Shown here: positions 12,490 through 23,865 of the stretch, in pieces
Layout of the letters: the number at the start of each line of letters is the position of its first letter
Position numbering within the stretch: position 1 is the stretch's first letter
Assembly (NCBI RefSeq): GCF_009914755.1
Contig: NC_060930.1
Length of the DNA stretch: 64,000 nt
Reading direction: 5' to 3' (one strand)
Source: the human T2T-CHM13v2.0 reference genome, Homo sapiens
Notes under the pieces: model-generated
What the model was told of the DNA's origin: nothing
Seen by the model: the letters and a program-made list of their open reading frames with translations, nothing else
Database searches by the model: none
Made by a program: the position numbers and the translations under genes

Positions 12490-12670
12490 GCCTACTGTAT
12501 GCCCGGTGTTTTTGCCTCCTTTAGTCTTCACAGCAAATCTATGAGGTAGGTCCTTTCTTTTTCTTTCCCTTCCCTTCCCTTTTTTTAGATGAGTAAACAA
12601 AAGCTCAGAGAAGTTAGGTGACTTGCCCCCAATCACACAGCAAGTAAGTGGCTGAGCTGGGATCTGATGC
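12490..12670 (-). mobile_element. MIR SINE containing a pyrimidine-tract expansion
   Basis: AGATGAGTAAACAAAAGCTCAGAGAAGTTAGGTGACTTGCCC...CACACAGCAAGTAAGTGGCTGAGCTGGGAT. Confidence 0.85.
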
Positions 12671-12889
12671 CTCCTTTGAAGCCCCTCCTGCTAGCTCAAG
12701 GATCCTGACAAAATATGGAATCTAAAGCTTTCTTCTTCTGAGAAGGTGAGTTTAGTGGGAAGAGCTTTGGATTTGCTAGTCAGGGGACCTAGACTGTGAC
12801 TTTCCACAGGCAGACCTCAGGCTGTCTAGTTTAGCACATTGCCTGGTATTAGCAGTTGTTCAATTAACATTTGTTGGTTAAAATAATTA

Positions 12890-14000
12890 CTGTATCTATC
12901 TGACAAAGGACTTATATGCAGGACACACACACACACAACCCGTAAAACTTAATAATAAGGAGATAAATAATTTTCTTTTTTAAAAGTAGACAAAAGATTT
13001 TAACAGATAGTTCACCAAAAGCCAATGCAAATGGCCCATAAGCATATCGAAAAAGTTCTCAGCATCAACTCACCACCAGAGAAATGCAAATTAAATTGAT
13101 AATGAACTATCGTTACACACTCACCAATTTAAAAATGTAAAAGGCTGATGACAGAAAGTACTGATGAGTATGTGGAACAACTGGAATTCTACCCTGTTCA
13201 TGAGAATAGAAAATGGTATAGCCACTTTGGAGAAGAGTCTGCAAGTTGCTTATAAAACTAAATACACATCAACCTTATGACCCAACAGTTCCGTTCCTGG
13301 GTATTTACCCAAGAGAAATGAAAACACACATCCTCAGAAAGACTTGTACAAAAATGTTCATAGCAGTGTTATTCTTAATCACCCCAAACTGGAAACAACC
13401 CAAATATGTATTAACAGTAGAATGGATGACCGAATTTTAACAGATACATAGAAGGGATGCTATTCTACAACAAAAAGGGAGGAACTCTTGATACATGCAA
13501 TACGAATTAATCTCTAAAACATTATGTTGAGCTAAAAAAGCCTTGCCCAAAAAGGGATATAATGAATCATTCCACTTATATGAAGTTCTAGGATAAGTAA
13601 ATTTAATTTATGGTGCAAAACATCAGAACAGTGGTTGCCTGAAAGTTGAAGGCAGGAATTAACTGAGAAGGGACACAAAGGAACTTTCTGGAGTGATGGA
13701 ATGTTTGGTATCTTGATAAGGATCTGGGCTGCACAGCAGTATGCTTTTGCCAGTGATACGATACACAGGCCAAAGTGTTTGGGGCTGAACTGCATTGATG
13801 TCATAACTTACTTTGAAGAGCATGAAAAATAGGATGGATTAATAGATGAATAAGGGATGGATTGATGGAAAGATATGTGATAAAGCAAAGAGAGCAAAAT
13901 GCAAATTGTAGAATCCAAGTGGTGGGTATATGAGTGTTCACTGTGCAACTTTTCTGTATTTTAAAATTTTTGTAGACAATTTTGGGCAGAAAAAAATGAA
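12890..14000 (+). mobile_element. Old L1M (L1MC/L1ME-type) ORF2 3' end and 3' UTR; possibly two fragments
   Basis: ORF 13246-13440 (PYDPTVPFLGIYPREMK..KTCTKMFIAVLF..NWKQPK) matches the L1 ORF2p C-terminus; frame is disrupted elsewhere. Confidence 0.9.
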
Positions 14001-14029
14001 TAAAACTTGGATTCCACAGCTGGCTTAGC

Positions 14030-14537
14030 ACACATGCCCTCCAAGGACCTATGAGGGTCCTCCTGCCCACCTCTGCAGCCTCATTTCTCATCAGCCCACA
14101 CCTTGTGCTCCATACTCTGGCCACAAGGACGTTCTTTCACTTCCTCAAACCCACCATGTATGTACTACCTCAGGCCACAGGATCTTTGCATATGCTATCT
14201 CCTCTGGGAGGCTCTCCCTTCCTTTTTCTCCCAGATAATGCCTCAGACTTCAGACTTCAGTTCAAATAGTCTTTCTCTGGGTACCTTCTCTCTCCATTCA
14301 CCACCACCACAAGATTAGGTCCATTGCTTTAGTTCTTGAAGAAACATGTTCCTTTCTGTCATAGCACTTGCTGTTCAACCCTTAGTGTGACTGTTCTGTT
14401 TAGAGCCACAGCCTCCACGAGACTGACAGCTTCATGGTGGCAGAACTGTGACCATTTGGGCTCACCAAGGCACACCCCCACCCAGCACAGTGCTTGGTCA
14501 TAACTGTGCCCACGTAGTATCTGCAGAATGAATGGAT
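14030..14537 (+). mobile_element. L2 3' end
   Basis: GGATCTTTGCATATGCTATCTCCTCTG...CCCAGCACAGTGCTTGG...GAATGAATGGA. Confidence 0.85.
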
Positions 14538-14924
14538 ATTCCTAACTAGCCTGTAGTCCTAGGGACACAGTCCTCCCTGCTCCATTTTCTCAGCTATCAA
14601 ATGAGAAAATTAGTGAGGAGCAGCCTTCCTCTTTATTTATTTATTTATTTTTTTTTTTTGGCACAAGACCAATTCAGAACAAATATTCAGAAACAGCATG
14701 TTTAATTCAAAATGAAAACAACTTTAATGCATCTTACAGAAAATATAATGTATATTCCTTCCACTAAGATTATCCACTTTGTCGAATAAAAGAATTTCAA
14801 TGAGAAAATTGGTGCTGCCTTTTAGCCATTAAAATGTTCCCATTTGGGCATTTCGAAAAGCAGCAACAAGAATAAGAGGCAGCTTTCTAATCATTCACCC
14901 CTTAAGATTCAGAAGGTGTTAGAA

Positions 14925-15195
14925 TCACAAAGCTCATTCACAGCTGTTATCTCATTTCATCCTCTAAGTAGGTGATGTATTTGGAGATGGTGAAAATGTG
15001 GCTCAGAGAGGTAAAGTGACTTGCCCAAAATCACACAGCAAGTTGATGAGAGAATACACTTTAATTAATTAACTCAATCTAATGGAATACTTTCTGGGCA
15101 CGTATCCACCTGTCCCGTGTGTGGTACTATGCCAGGTGCTGGAACTACAGTGACAATAAGACGCAGCTTCCTGCTCTTTCCCAGTTTGGAGTCCT
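14925..15195 (-). mobile_element. MIR fragment followed by an antisense L2 tail
   Basis: GGCTCAGAGAGGTAAAGTGACTTGCCCAA; TGCCAGGTGCTGGAACTACAGTGACAATAAGAC. Confidence 0.7.
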
Positions 15196-15252
15196 CTGCC
15201 TTGGTTGTCAGATCTTCTCTCTGGAGACAGTAAGGAGAACCAATCAACCCAG

Positions 15253-15680
15253 GTTTCTTGGTCTGAGTTCATCAGAAGTAGAGTCAGAGACAATGATGTC
15301 AGGACAAATAGTTGATTTGGGAAGTCACCCCCAAGAAGTACCTATAGGGAAGAGAGAAAATAAGACAGGAAAATAAGCCAGTACAGGTAGCAGATTACTG
15401 TTGTGGGTAACTGGGGCTCAGTCCCACTGGGAATCTCTCAGAGACACATTCCAGAGCTGGCTATTTATGCACCAACTGCCATTTAGTATTGTTTGGGAGC
15501 TACTCCTCAGGGTAATTCCCTGGTACTTCTGTCCTGTGGGAGGGCACAGGCATGCTCCAGTAACCAGAGAAAGCCCTCAGGCAGCATGCACAGGAGCTTT
15601 CACAAAGGAGCCATCATTTCGTTTGGAAATAGAATTTAAAAGGGCACACTAAGAGGACAGAGGAGGGCACCAAATGCAAC
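15253..15680 (-). mobile_element. LTR16-family (ERVL) solo LTR
   Basis: CAGAAGTAGAGTCAGAGACAA...AAATAGTTGATTTGGGAAGTCACCCCCAAGAAG...TGGGGCTCAGTCCCACTGGG. Confidence 0.75.
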
Positions 15681-16089
15681 TGCTGGGTCAGGACAGGGTG
15701 AACCCCCCAGAGTCCTAGAGGGGCCCCCTGTGGTTGCCACGACTGCATGGTGCTCAGCCCCTGCTGCCGCGGCATAGGCTCTAGGCACCAGCCCTGGTGG
15801 ACTGAGGGTCTCAGCCTGGCTTCTGAGGGACCCCATCACCAACCTCATTTTTAGGCAGCATCAAAAAGTCTACATGAAAGCAATTCCAAGAGGCTTCTTC
15901 CTGCCTCAGAGCTGGTTGCCCTGGGGGCTTTTCTCTGGAATCCTGCTATTCCTTGGGAACAGAAACGCTGCTGAGGTGTTTGGGGGAAATAAAGCTGCCG
16001 TGGATCTTCGGCAGTGTTGAGGTGATCCCTGTGACACGAACCATGAATGATGCCCAGTGTCCATTCTCTCCTTGTTTTTAGTATCACTC

Positions 16090-16500
16090 AAGCTTTAGCA
16101 GAGCTCATAGCTTCCCTGATGCAGACTACATTTCCAAGATGCCCCGACAATGAGAACTGGCCATGTGACTAAATTCTGGCCAATGGGATGTGAGTGAAAG
16201 TGTAGGCAGAAGCAATCTCCAGGCCATATCCTTAAAAAAAGAAAAAGGAGAATACTATTTATTCTTTCCTGACCTCCCACCAGCTGGAGATTGGCCACCA
16301 CTGGAGCAGCCCTCATGCAGCCTGCAACAGAAGGCCTGTGCTGACAGTGGCAGAGCAGCACCCCCAGTCTGGGGTGGATAACCCAGACTACCCACCTGCC
16401 TCTAGCTTATCACAAAAGAGAGTGGTAAACTCCCCTTTGTGTCAGCCGCTGTCTTTTGAGCCTCTATTACAGCAGCTTCACCTGTTCCCTAACTCAGCTA
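16090..16500 (+). mobile_element. Old MLT1 (J/H-like) solo LTR
   Basis: GACTACATTTCC...GGCCATGTGACTAAATTCTGGCCAATGGGATGTGAGTGAAAGTG. Confidence 0.75.
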
Positions 16501-16547
16501 TCCTAAAGGACTCTACCTGCTCTAAAGGCAGCTATACCCCACATGGC

Positions 16548-16660
16548 ACCACTTCACTCAGACCAGCCCCTGCCCCCACCTCCCAGGGCAGGCCCAGCAG
16601 GTGGGACCACTTCACCCAGACCTGCCCCTGCCCCTGCCTCCCAGGGCAGGCCCAGCAGGT
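16548..16660 (+). repeat. 58 bp tandem duplication (2 copies)
   Basis: ACCACTTCAC(T/C)CAGACC(A/T)GCCCCTGCCCC..CCTCCCAGGGCAGGCCCAGCAGGT at 16548 and 16606. Confidence 0.9.
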
Positions 16661-17009
16661 CCTAAGGCTATTGCTCCAGTTCCCAAAGTGTGCTCTTGAT
16701 TTACCCCCTATCCCAGCCGCCAAACTCCCCATGGGGTGGTGCACCTTTGCCCTGGGAAGATCTTGATTCTGGGCTCATAGAAACCTATCATCTGATCATC
16801 TTCAGGGTCTTTCAGTGAGCAGAAACCACAGAGATGGCTAGGCTAGTGTGCTGTAGCGAAGCCAGGAAGGCAGAGGAGGTTGGAGGGCAGGGAGGGTGAA
16901 GAGCTCCTCCATGGCGCCCCCACAAAAAAAAGAGATGAGTTTGCAGCAAGAGGGATAGAGGAAAGCTGATCAGACCTAAACAGAGATCTCTTAAGAGTGG
17001 GGATCAGGT

Positions 17010-17311
<302 letters not shown>

Positions 17312-17759
17312 TCAGGTAAGTGTAGTTGGATTTGCCTGGATTTAGAGTGCTCCTCTCTGAGCACTGTGCCAGGTGCTGGGACTCGGTCTGTCCACACAAC
17401 CTTGTGTCTCGAGTTGGGGGACAGAAACAGAGGGCCTCCAAGTGGCTTTTGCTCTAAAGTTCTGGAATATGCCAATGAAGAATTGCTGAAGATTCCACAG
17501 GTCAATGAGCTGCTGAAGAGGAGGAGTCATGCCTACCCCCCTTCTATCCCTACATTTGGTATAGTACTGGAATCTAGAGGGCCTCCAAAAATATTTACTG
17601 AATAAATCCATAAATGAGTGAGTGAAAAACATCCTTTAGAGAGGTTCCGATATTCCACATTCAACACTTGTTTTCTTCCTGTTCCATCTTTTCGGAAGAC
17701 TCCACAGCAAAATGGAGACATTGGGCCATGCCTGTCTCTCTCCCCAGACCTGTGGGCTC

Positions 17760-17950
17760 CTCTCTGTTAGAGCACTTATTACAATTTACAGTGAAAACTG
17801 TTACCTACCTGTCTTCCAAATAAGGCTGGTGGTCTTGAGCGAAAAAGACTGTGTCTTATTTTTTTCAGGTGAATCCCTCAGTATTATGACTACTTGGTAC
17901 AGAATTAAATCTGTATTCAATAAATATTTGCTGAATGAATAAATAAGTAA
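17760..17950 (+). mobile_element. L2 3' end
   Basis: GACTGTGTCTTATT...TCAATAAATATTTGCTGAATGAAT. Confidence 0.8.
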
Positions 17951-18096
17951 ATCAGTCAATTCCATTGCCCATTGAAAAACGACACTGTCAAACACATCTC
18001 CCAATCAGAAAGTCATTGAGCTTGAGAACACCATCTCTAAAACGGAATAGAATCTTCCTTCTTACAGGAAGTCCCAAGAGAGCTTGGGTTTCTCTT

Positions 18097-18790
18097 CCCT
18101 CAGACTGGGGCTCCCTGAGGATGGAGCTGTGTCTCCTCAATCAGACTGGGACTCCCTGAAGATGGGGCTGCATCTCCCCTCAGACTGAGGCTCCCTGAGG
18201 ACAGGGCTGTGTCTCCCCTCAGACTGGGGCTCCCTGAGGATGGGGCTGTGTCTCCCCTCAGACTGGAGCTCGCTGAGGACGGGGCTGCGGCTGCCCTCAG
18301 ACTGGGGCTCCCTGAGGACAGGGCTGTGTCTCCCCTCAGACTGGAGCTCCCTGAGGATGGAGCTGTGTCTCCCCTCAGACTGGAGCTCGCTGAGGACGGG
18401 GCTGCAGCTGCCCTCAGACTGGGGCTCCCTGAGGACAGGGCTGTGTCTCCCTCAGACTGGAGCTCCCTGAGGATGGGGCTGTGTCTCCCCTCAGACTGGA
18501 GCTCCCTGAGGATGGGGCTGCGTCTCCCCTCAGACCGAGGCTCCCTGAGGACAGGACTGTGTCTCCCTCAGACTGGAGCTCCCTGAGGACAGGGCTGTGT
18601 CTCCCTCAGACTGGGGCTTTCTCAGGACGGGGCTGCGGCTCCCCTCAGACTGGGGCTCCCTGAGGACAGGGCTGTGTCTCCCTCAGACTAGGGCTTTCTG
18701 ACGATGGGGCTACAGGTCCCCTCCGGCTGGGGCTCCCTGGGGACAGGGCTACATCTCCTCTCTGACTGGAGCTCCCTGAAGACAGGGGCT
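18097..18790 (+). repeat. 38-39 bp minisatellite, about 18 units
   Basis: Consensus CAGACTGGRGCTCCCTGAGGAYRGGGCTGTGTCTCCCCT; unit starts 18101, 18142, 18181, 18220, 18259, 18298 ... 18762. Confidence 0.98.
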
Positions 18791-19689
18791 CTGCCTACTC
18801 CCACCCTGGACTGGGTGCCCTCGTGCGCAACCCTCACGTCTCTAAGGTCCCTCTTCCTCATCATAAGCTTCTTCTGTTGATGAGCTCAGAAATGCCCTGC
18901 CCATGTCATGCTCATGAGCATTTTTAATGTTTCAATTTCTCAAATGTGTCGAGGAATCATAAACTCACGGAGGAAAAAATGAGAAAGAAAAAAATAAAAC
19001 AAGGAAATAAAAGCCAAGTTGTGGCTAAGTTCATTCCAGCAGGCAGCCCTCAGCCTCGAGGGAAAACGCTAATGCATGCACAAAAACCTCATGAATAATT
19101 ATTTCTGAGTGGCTCAATATTTTAAATGCTGGATATTTTTTTCCTCCTCAGAAGCACGCCGCAACTATTTATCGCAATGCAGAAGCCAGACAGAAGGTGA
19201 TTAAGCTTGATTTCTGAGGGATGAGCAGACAGAAAGTAGGGTGGAGATCGTGAGCAGAGGTGGGTGGGTTTCACGGGGCAGCAGGCAGATGGGGCCCCTA
19301 GGCCAGCATCTTATGGCAGAAAACAAAGGCCACCATCCAGCAAAGAGGGTTGTGTGGGTTGCATTATCTTCTTCGCTAAGGAGCTTGGAGTTTGGTCCTT
19401 CTGTCTTTACCAGCTGTGATATCCATGGGCAAGCGGCATGGTGCAGGAAGGCTACAAGGTCAGCTATTTACCCCATAGTTGATGTCAGCACTCTGAGGGG
19501 ATTAAAACTAAAAACAGAAGATCTTTAGGTCTATGAGATGAGACAGCTGTCCTCTCACCAAATCAGGGGTGAAAGTACCCCAACTTCTCCTTCAGAGGGT
19601 GGTTCATTTGAGTTATCTTACCAATAGTCCATGGGCTGGTGGTTCATGCATTGGCTAATTCATTTGAAGATCCTAACCACCTACTTGGT

Positions 19690-19870
19690 ACTTTCTTCTT
19701 GGTTTATTTTACCATGTGACCACCCTGAGAAATTGGAAGGACAGGTGCTATGATTCCCATTTTATGTTTACGGAAATGGAGGCTCAAGGCAGCAAGTGAC
19801 TTGTCCACAGTCTTCTGTTCTCAGAAAGGTGAGGCAAATACAAAGGCCACTAGTGTCTGGACTCCTGTTA
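19690..19870 (-). mobile_element. MIR SINE
   Basis: ATTCCCATTTTATG...GGAAATGGAGGCTCAAGG...AAGTGACTTGTCC. Confidence 0.75.
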
Positions 19871-20249
19871 CACTGTCACTGGCTTGGCTACTAGGCGCCC
19901 CCATAGTGAGAAACTTTAGTGGGGAGACACGGAGCGTGTGAAATTGGATAGCACACCTAGCCCATCCTGCAAGGGCACCTAGGCACCATCACCTCAGTCA
20001 CCTGCCTCCTTCTACTCTGCGCCTCTGCTCCCAGTGCCATCTTTTATGTGCACTTCCCTCGGGTCCTTGGTTCTATTAGCCTCACTCTTGCCCATATGCC
20101 AGCCTGAGCATGGTAGCTGCAGGGATGAACATCTGGCCTCCTCAACGAACTGCTTGAGGCCAGATGTCATGTCTTATGCTTCTCATATATTCTTCACCGG
20201 ACCTAGAGCAATGCTGGGCAGGAGTGAAATGGAATGACAGCTATCATCA

Positions 20250-20510
20250 TCATATCAGTAGCTAACATTTACAGAGCACTCATTTTGGGCCAGGCACTGC
20301 TATAAGAGGTTTATGTACATTAACTCATTTAATCCTCACAGCAACCCCATTAGATGGGTATCATTATCCCAATTCTCATTGTATATGCAGGAGTGCGGAG
20401 GCCTGGAGAGATTTAGTAACTTTTCCATATAGCAAGTAAGTGACCAAGGCCACATTTAAGCCTAGGCCACTTGGCTTCGGAGCCCTCACTCCTAAACACA
20501 ACATTATACT
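20250..20510 (-). mobile_element. MIR SINE, near full length
   Basis: AGCTAACATTTACAGAGCACT...GCCAGGCACTG...CATTAACTCATTTAATCCTCACAGCAACCC. Confidence 0.9.
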
Positions 20511-20589
20511 GCCTGTCAGCGTGAGACCCCTACCTGTGTGTTTATCTCTGCAATGGCCCATTCATTCATTCATTTATTCATCCTTAAAT

Positions 20590-20790
20590 TTGCTACCGTT
20601 TACCAAGAACCTGCCATGCCCAGGGCATTGTGCTAGTACTCTACACGCACCTCACTCTCACATCCAAATTGCAGTTAACTTTGTTATGATCTCCATTTTA
20701 TGGTTGAGAAAGGTGAAGTTGCTTTCCCAGGCTCACATGGCAGGTAAGCAAGAAGGCTGGGATTTCCACCCAGGTCTGGTCTGGGAGTGT
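20590..20790 (-). mobile_element. MIR SINE
   Basis: CTCCATTTTATGGTTGAGAAA...GCTGGGATTTCCACCCAGGTCTG. Confidence 0.7.
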
Positions 20791-23219
20791 CCAAAGCCTT
20801 AGCACTCTCCCCCTGAGTTACATTGCATCCACCTTCCTTCACCAAACTCGGTTCAACTCAGAACCCAACATGGTGGGAGGTGCTAGCAGGAGGAGCCCAA
20901 GGCCTCTGGAGCCACTAGAAGTGGAAATGGTGATAATGAAGATAATTCTGTGCACGCCACCATGGCCTCTGCTATTCCCTACCATATGGCCACTCTAAGC
21001 TGACCCCCAGCAATGGCCGTTTTCCAGCACATATGGGAATCAAACAAGATAATATATGTGTGGCAAGGTCACAGATGTACTTACAGCACACTCAGATGTG
21101 CAGAGAAGGCACTTTTCTTTATTTCCTGTGAGCTGATTGGAGTGTGTGCCCCTAGTCTGTGGGAATGGGGGAGGGGCAACTAAATTTTAGCCCAATACAG
21201 TCATTCAAGTTCAATTCAGTGATTTAAACAGTCTTTTAAAGAAACCACTTAGTTTCTTGCGGATAAAATGCTGATCTTTCTTTCCCTCCTGCCCTCCAGG
21301 GTGGAACCTTTGTGGATGGTGAGAGGCTTGGATGGCACTGGAGGGAAGGGTACATGTGGCCTCAAGCAGTACTTGGGTATGTGTGGATTGGTGCCCAGCA
21401 AGATGAGGGTGGGTGGTCTATCCCTGAGCGTTCAGCAGCCCTCCATTGCTGATGGGCAAGGCTGATAACCTCTGGCATGTTCTTTTCCAGCTCCGTTAGG
21501 GCAGGGCTGCCCCTGGTACTCCCATATGGAACAGGTCCCATTCTGACTCTTGATGATGCTGAAGACCCTCTGAGGTCCTGTCCTCCAGCCTTCTCTGAAC
21601 TCTGGGAAACTCTCAAACTAGAATTACCTCACTTCAGGCAAGCAGAAATTTCTGGGCTCCATCATAGACATGCAGAAACCAAGAGGTACTTGGAGACCCA
21701 AACTCAAGCCTTCTCCCCAGTAACCATACCACACTGCCCAGTCAGCTTCAGTGCAGCCACCTCACACCACAGCAGGAGTGGCCTGGGAGGCCAATGACCT
21801 GCCTGAATCCTAAAAGAGATTGGGGCAGAATCCTCTCTTCTCTGGTGTCTTCTCCATTAATACAGGGGAGTTTAGCCTGGAGAAAGACCAGTTTTCAGGT
21901 CTTATTGCCTCCATCCTCATCTCCAGCTCCTTCCTTTCCCCTACAAGCCTCAAGACTGGAATGAATGGGTGATGGGTGTTCCCTATGGAAAGCCCCATGA
22001 GCAAGTCCTCTAGGCCTGATAGCACGTATGCAACACTTACACTGTTCCTATCTCAAAACTCCTTTATAAGGGAGGTCTGAGATATCCTCTGGCAGCAGAG
22101 GAAAAGGCTAAGGAATAGAGAAGTTATTTGCCCAGCGAATGAGCCAGGATTTGAGCCCTACTAGATTCACCAGAATCCTCTAGGCCGACTCCATGGAGTC
22201 TTTGCTCCAAGCAGGACCATTCTCCTCTCACTGGAGTGACAAATCTCATGGCTTAGCCTTGGAGAAAGAAGACTGGAAGAGAACACACTTTAGAGGGGAA
22301 ATCAAAATGCATTGATCTCATATTTGCAAAATATTATCCCCATCACAAATGAGATAGGTATTTGTAAACTGTAAAGCCTAAAACACAGGTAAAGGATAAT
22401 TGCTCTTATTGAAATATCCATTTGTACCGGAAAATTTGAGAAGGTTGTCTCTGCCCAATACAGAAAAGATAGCATAGAATAAGGAGACTTGAGTTCTAAT
22501 TCCAGCTCAGTGACTTTGGGCAAGTCATTCCCCCTCTCTTGGCCAGTTTCCTCCTCTGTGTTATGATAGGAATGAGTCTCTAATGCCCATGAGCTCTAAA
22601 TTCCACATGTGTCTGCAGATCAGAGGAGTTGGAGGTCCCTTGCCAATGCCCACGGACTGAAGCTCTTACATGATTCATCCCATGCCTGGACCAGGGATGC
22701 ACATGCTAAAGGATCAGGAAGTTTGGTCCCATGGGATGACTTCTGTTGAGTCTGGCACAGATTCCTGCATGGCCCACACAGCACCATGGGCTCCAGGCAA
22801 TCCTCTCCCTGCTCCTCTGGCTAGTCAGCCACAGAAGACCTTGTCTTCCCCACAGACAACCCATATCTCTGATGTGCCAATCCCAGGAGGGCTGAGGCTG
22901 GCACCTACACTCTGCCCCCAGAGTCTTCCAGGCTCTTTGATTTTATAAGCTTGCAAAGGGAAAAGTGATTGTACAAGGGGATAATGAGGTGACAAGGGGC
23001 ATTTTCAATGAGCGCACTCTACATGGGCTCTCAATTTTGGTTTGGTTACCCACAGAGGCACCCCTTCACACAGGGCACACACAGCTGCCCCCAGAAATGG
23101 ACATCCTCCCCTTCCCCAATGCACACTCACATCCACAGAGATTTATCAGTTCCGTTCACTAGTAATAACACACACACACAGTTTATTAACATACATAGTT
23201 CACTGACACACAGTTCACT

Positions 23220-23390
23220 AATAATAGCACCACCCATTTACTGAACACCTGCCGCATGCCAGGTGCTGTGCTCTGTGCTTTACAAGGGTTGAATCATATG
23301 ATCCCCATAACCACTTTTTGAGGCGTATTCTAATGTTACCCCCATTTTACAGATCTGCATCCAGAGGGGTTATATGGCAATGGCATATGA
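23220..23390 (-). mobile_element. MIR SINE
   Basis: TGCCAGGTGCTGTGCTCTGTGCTTTAC...CCCCATTTTACAGAT. Confidence 0.8.
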
Positions 23391-23391
23391 A

Positions 23392-23865
23392 TCAGGCAGT
23401 CCAAGCCAGTAAACAGAAACCACTCAGAGTACATAACCAGAGGGAATTTAATGCAGAAAATTGGTTGCTTAGATGATGCAGGGAGCTGGGAAGTCAACAG
23501 AGGAGAGTAAGACAACAACAAGACTAGCAATAGCAGGAAGCCACTGTCACCCCTAGGGCTGGAGGTGAAAGAAGGAGATCACCAAACCCTAGCAGTAGGG
23601 GGTCACCTTGAACATCATGAGCCTGTTAGAAGGAAACTAGAACCAGAGGAAAGGCAGGCACTGCTGGAAATAAAAAGGAGAAACACTCTCCCTTCCTCCC
23701 ACCCTCCGATTTCCATCAGGGCCTCCTATTGGTGGACCCAGAAGCCAGTCAAGCTGATGAGGGAGCCTGAGAAACACAGCCAGTAGGGGTCGGCCCCCTA
23801 TTATGGAACACAACAGGTGAAGGGGGAGAAATGGTGCCGAGGGCAACAGCGTCTGTGACTGCACA
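23392..23865 (-). mobile_element. LTR33-like (ERVL) solo LTR
   Basis: AGCAATAGCAGGAAGCCACTGTCACCCCTAGGGCTG...CCTCCTATTGGTGGACCC...AGAAGCCAG. Confidence 0.7.

Noticed and set aside
13246-13440. 64 aa ORF with real protein similarity
   Set aside because: Decayed L1 ORF2p C-terminus, not a host gene.
18209-18663. ORFs with a 13-aa repeat (SPLRLGLPEDGAV / LPSDWSSLRTGLC)
   Set aside because: Artefact of a 39 bp unit; 38 bp units shift the frame and no gene context is visible.
18097-18790. CRISPR-like appearance of the 39 bp periodicity
   Set aside because: No unique spacers, no cas genes, and the DNA is primate.
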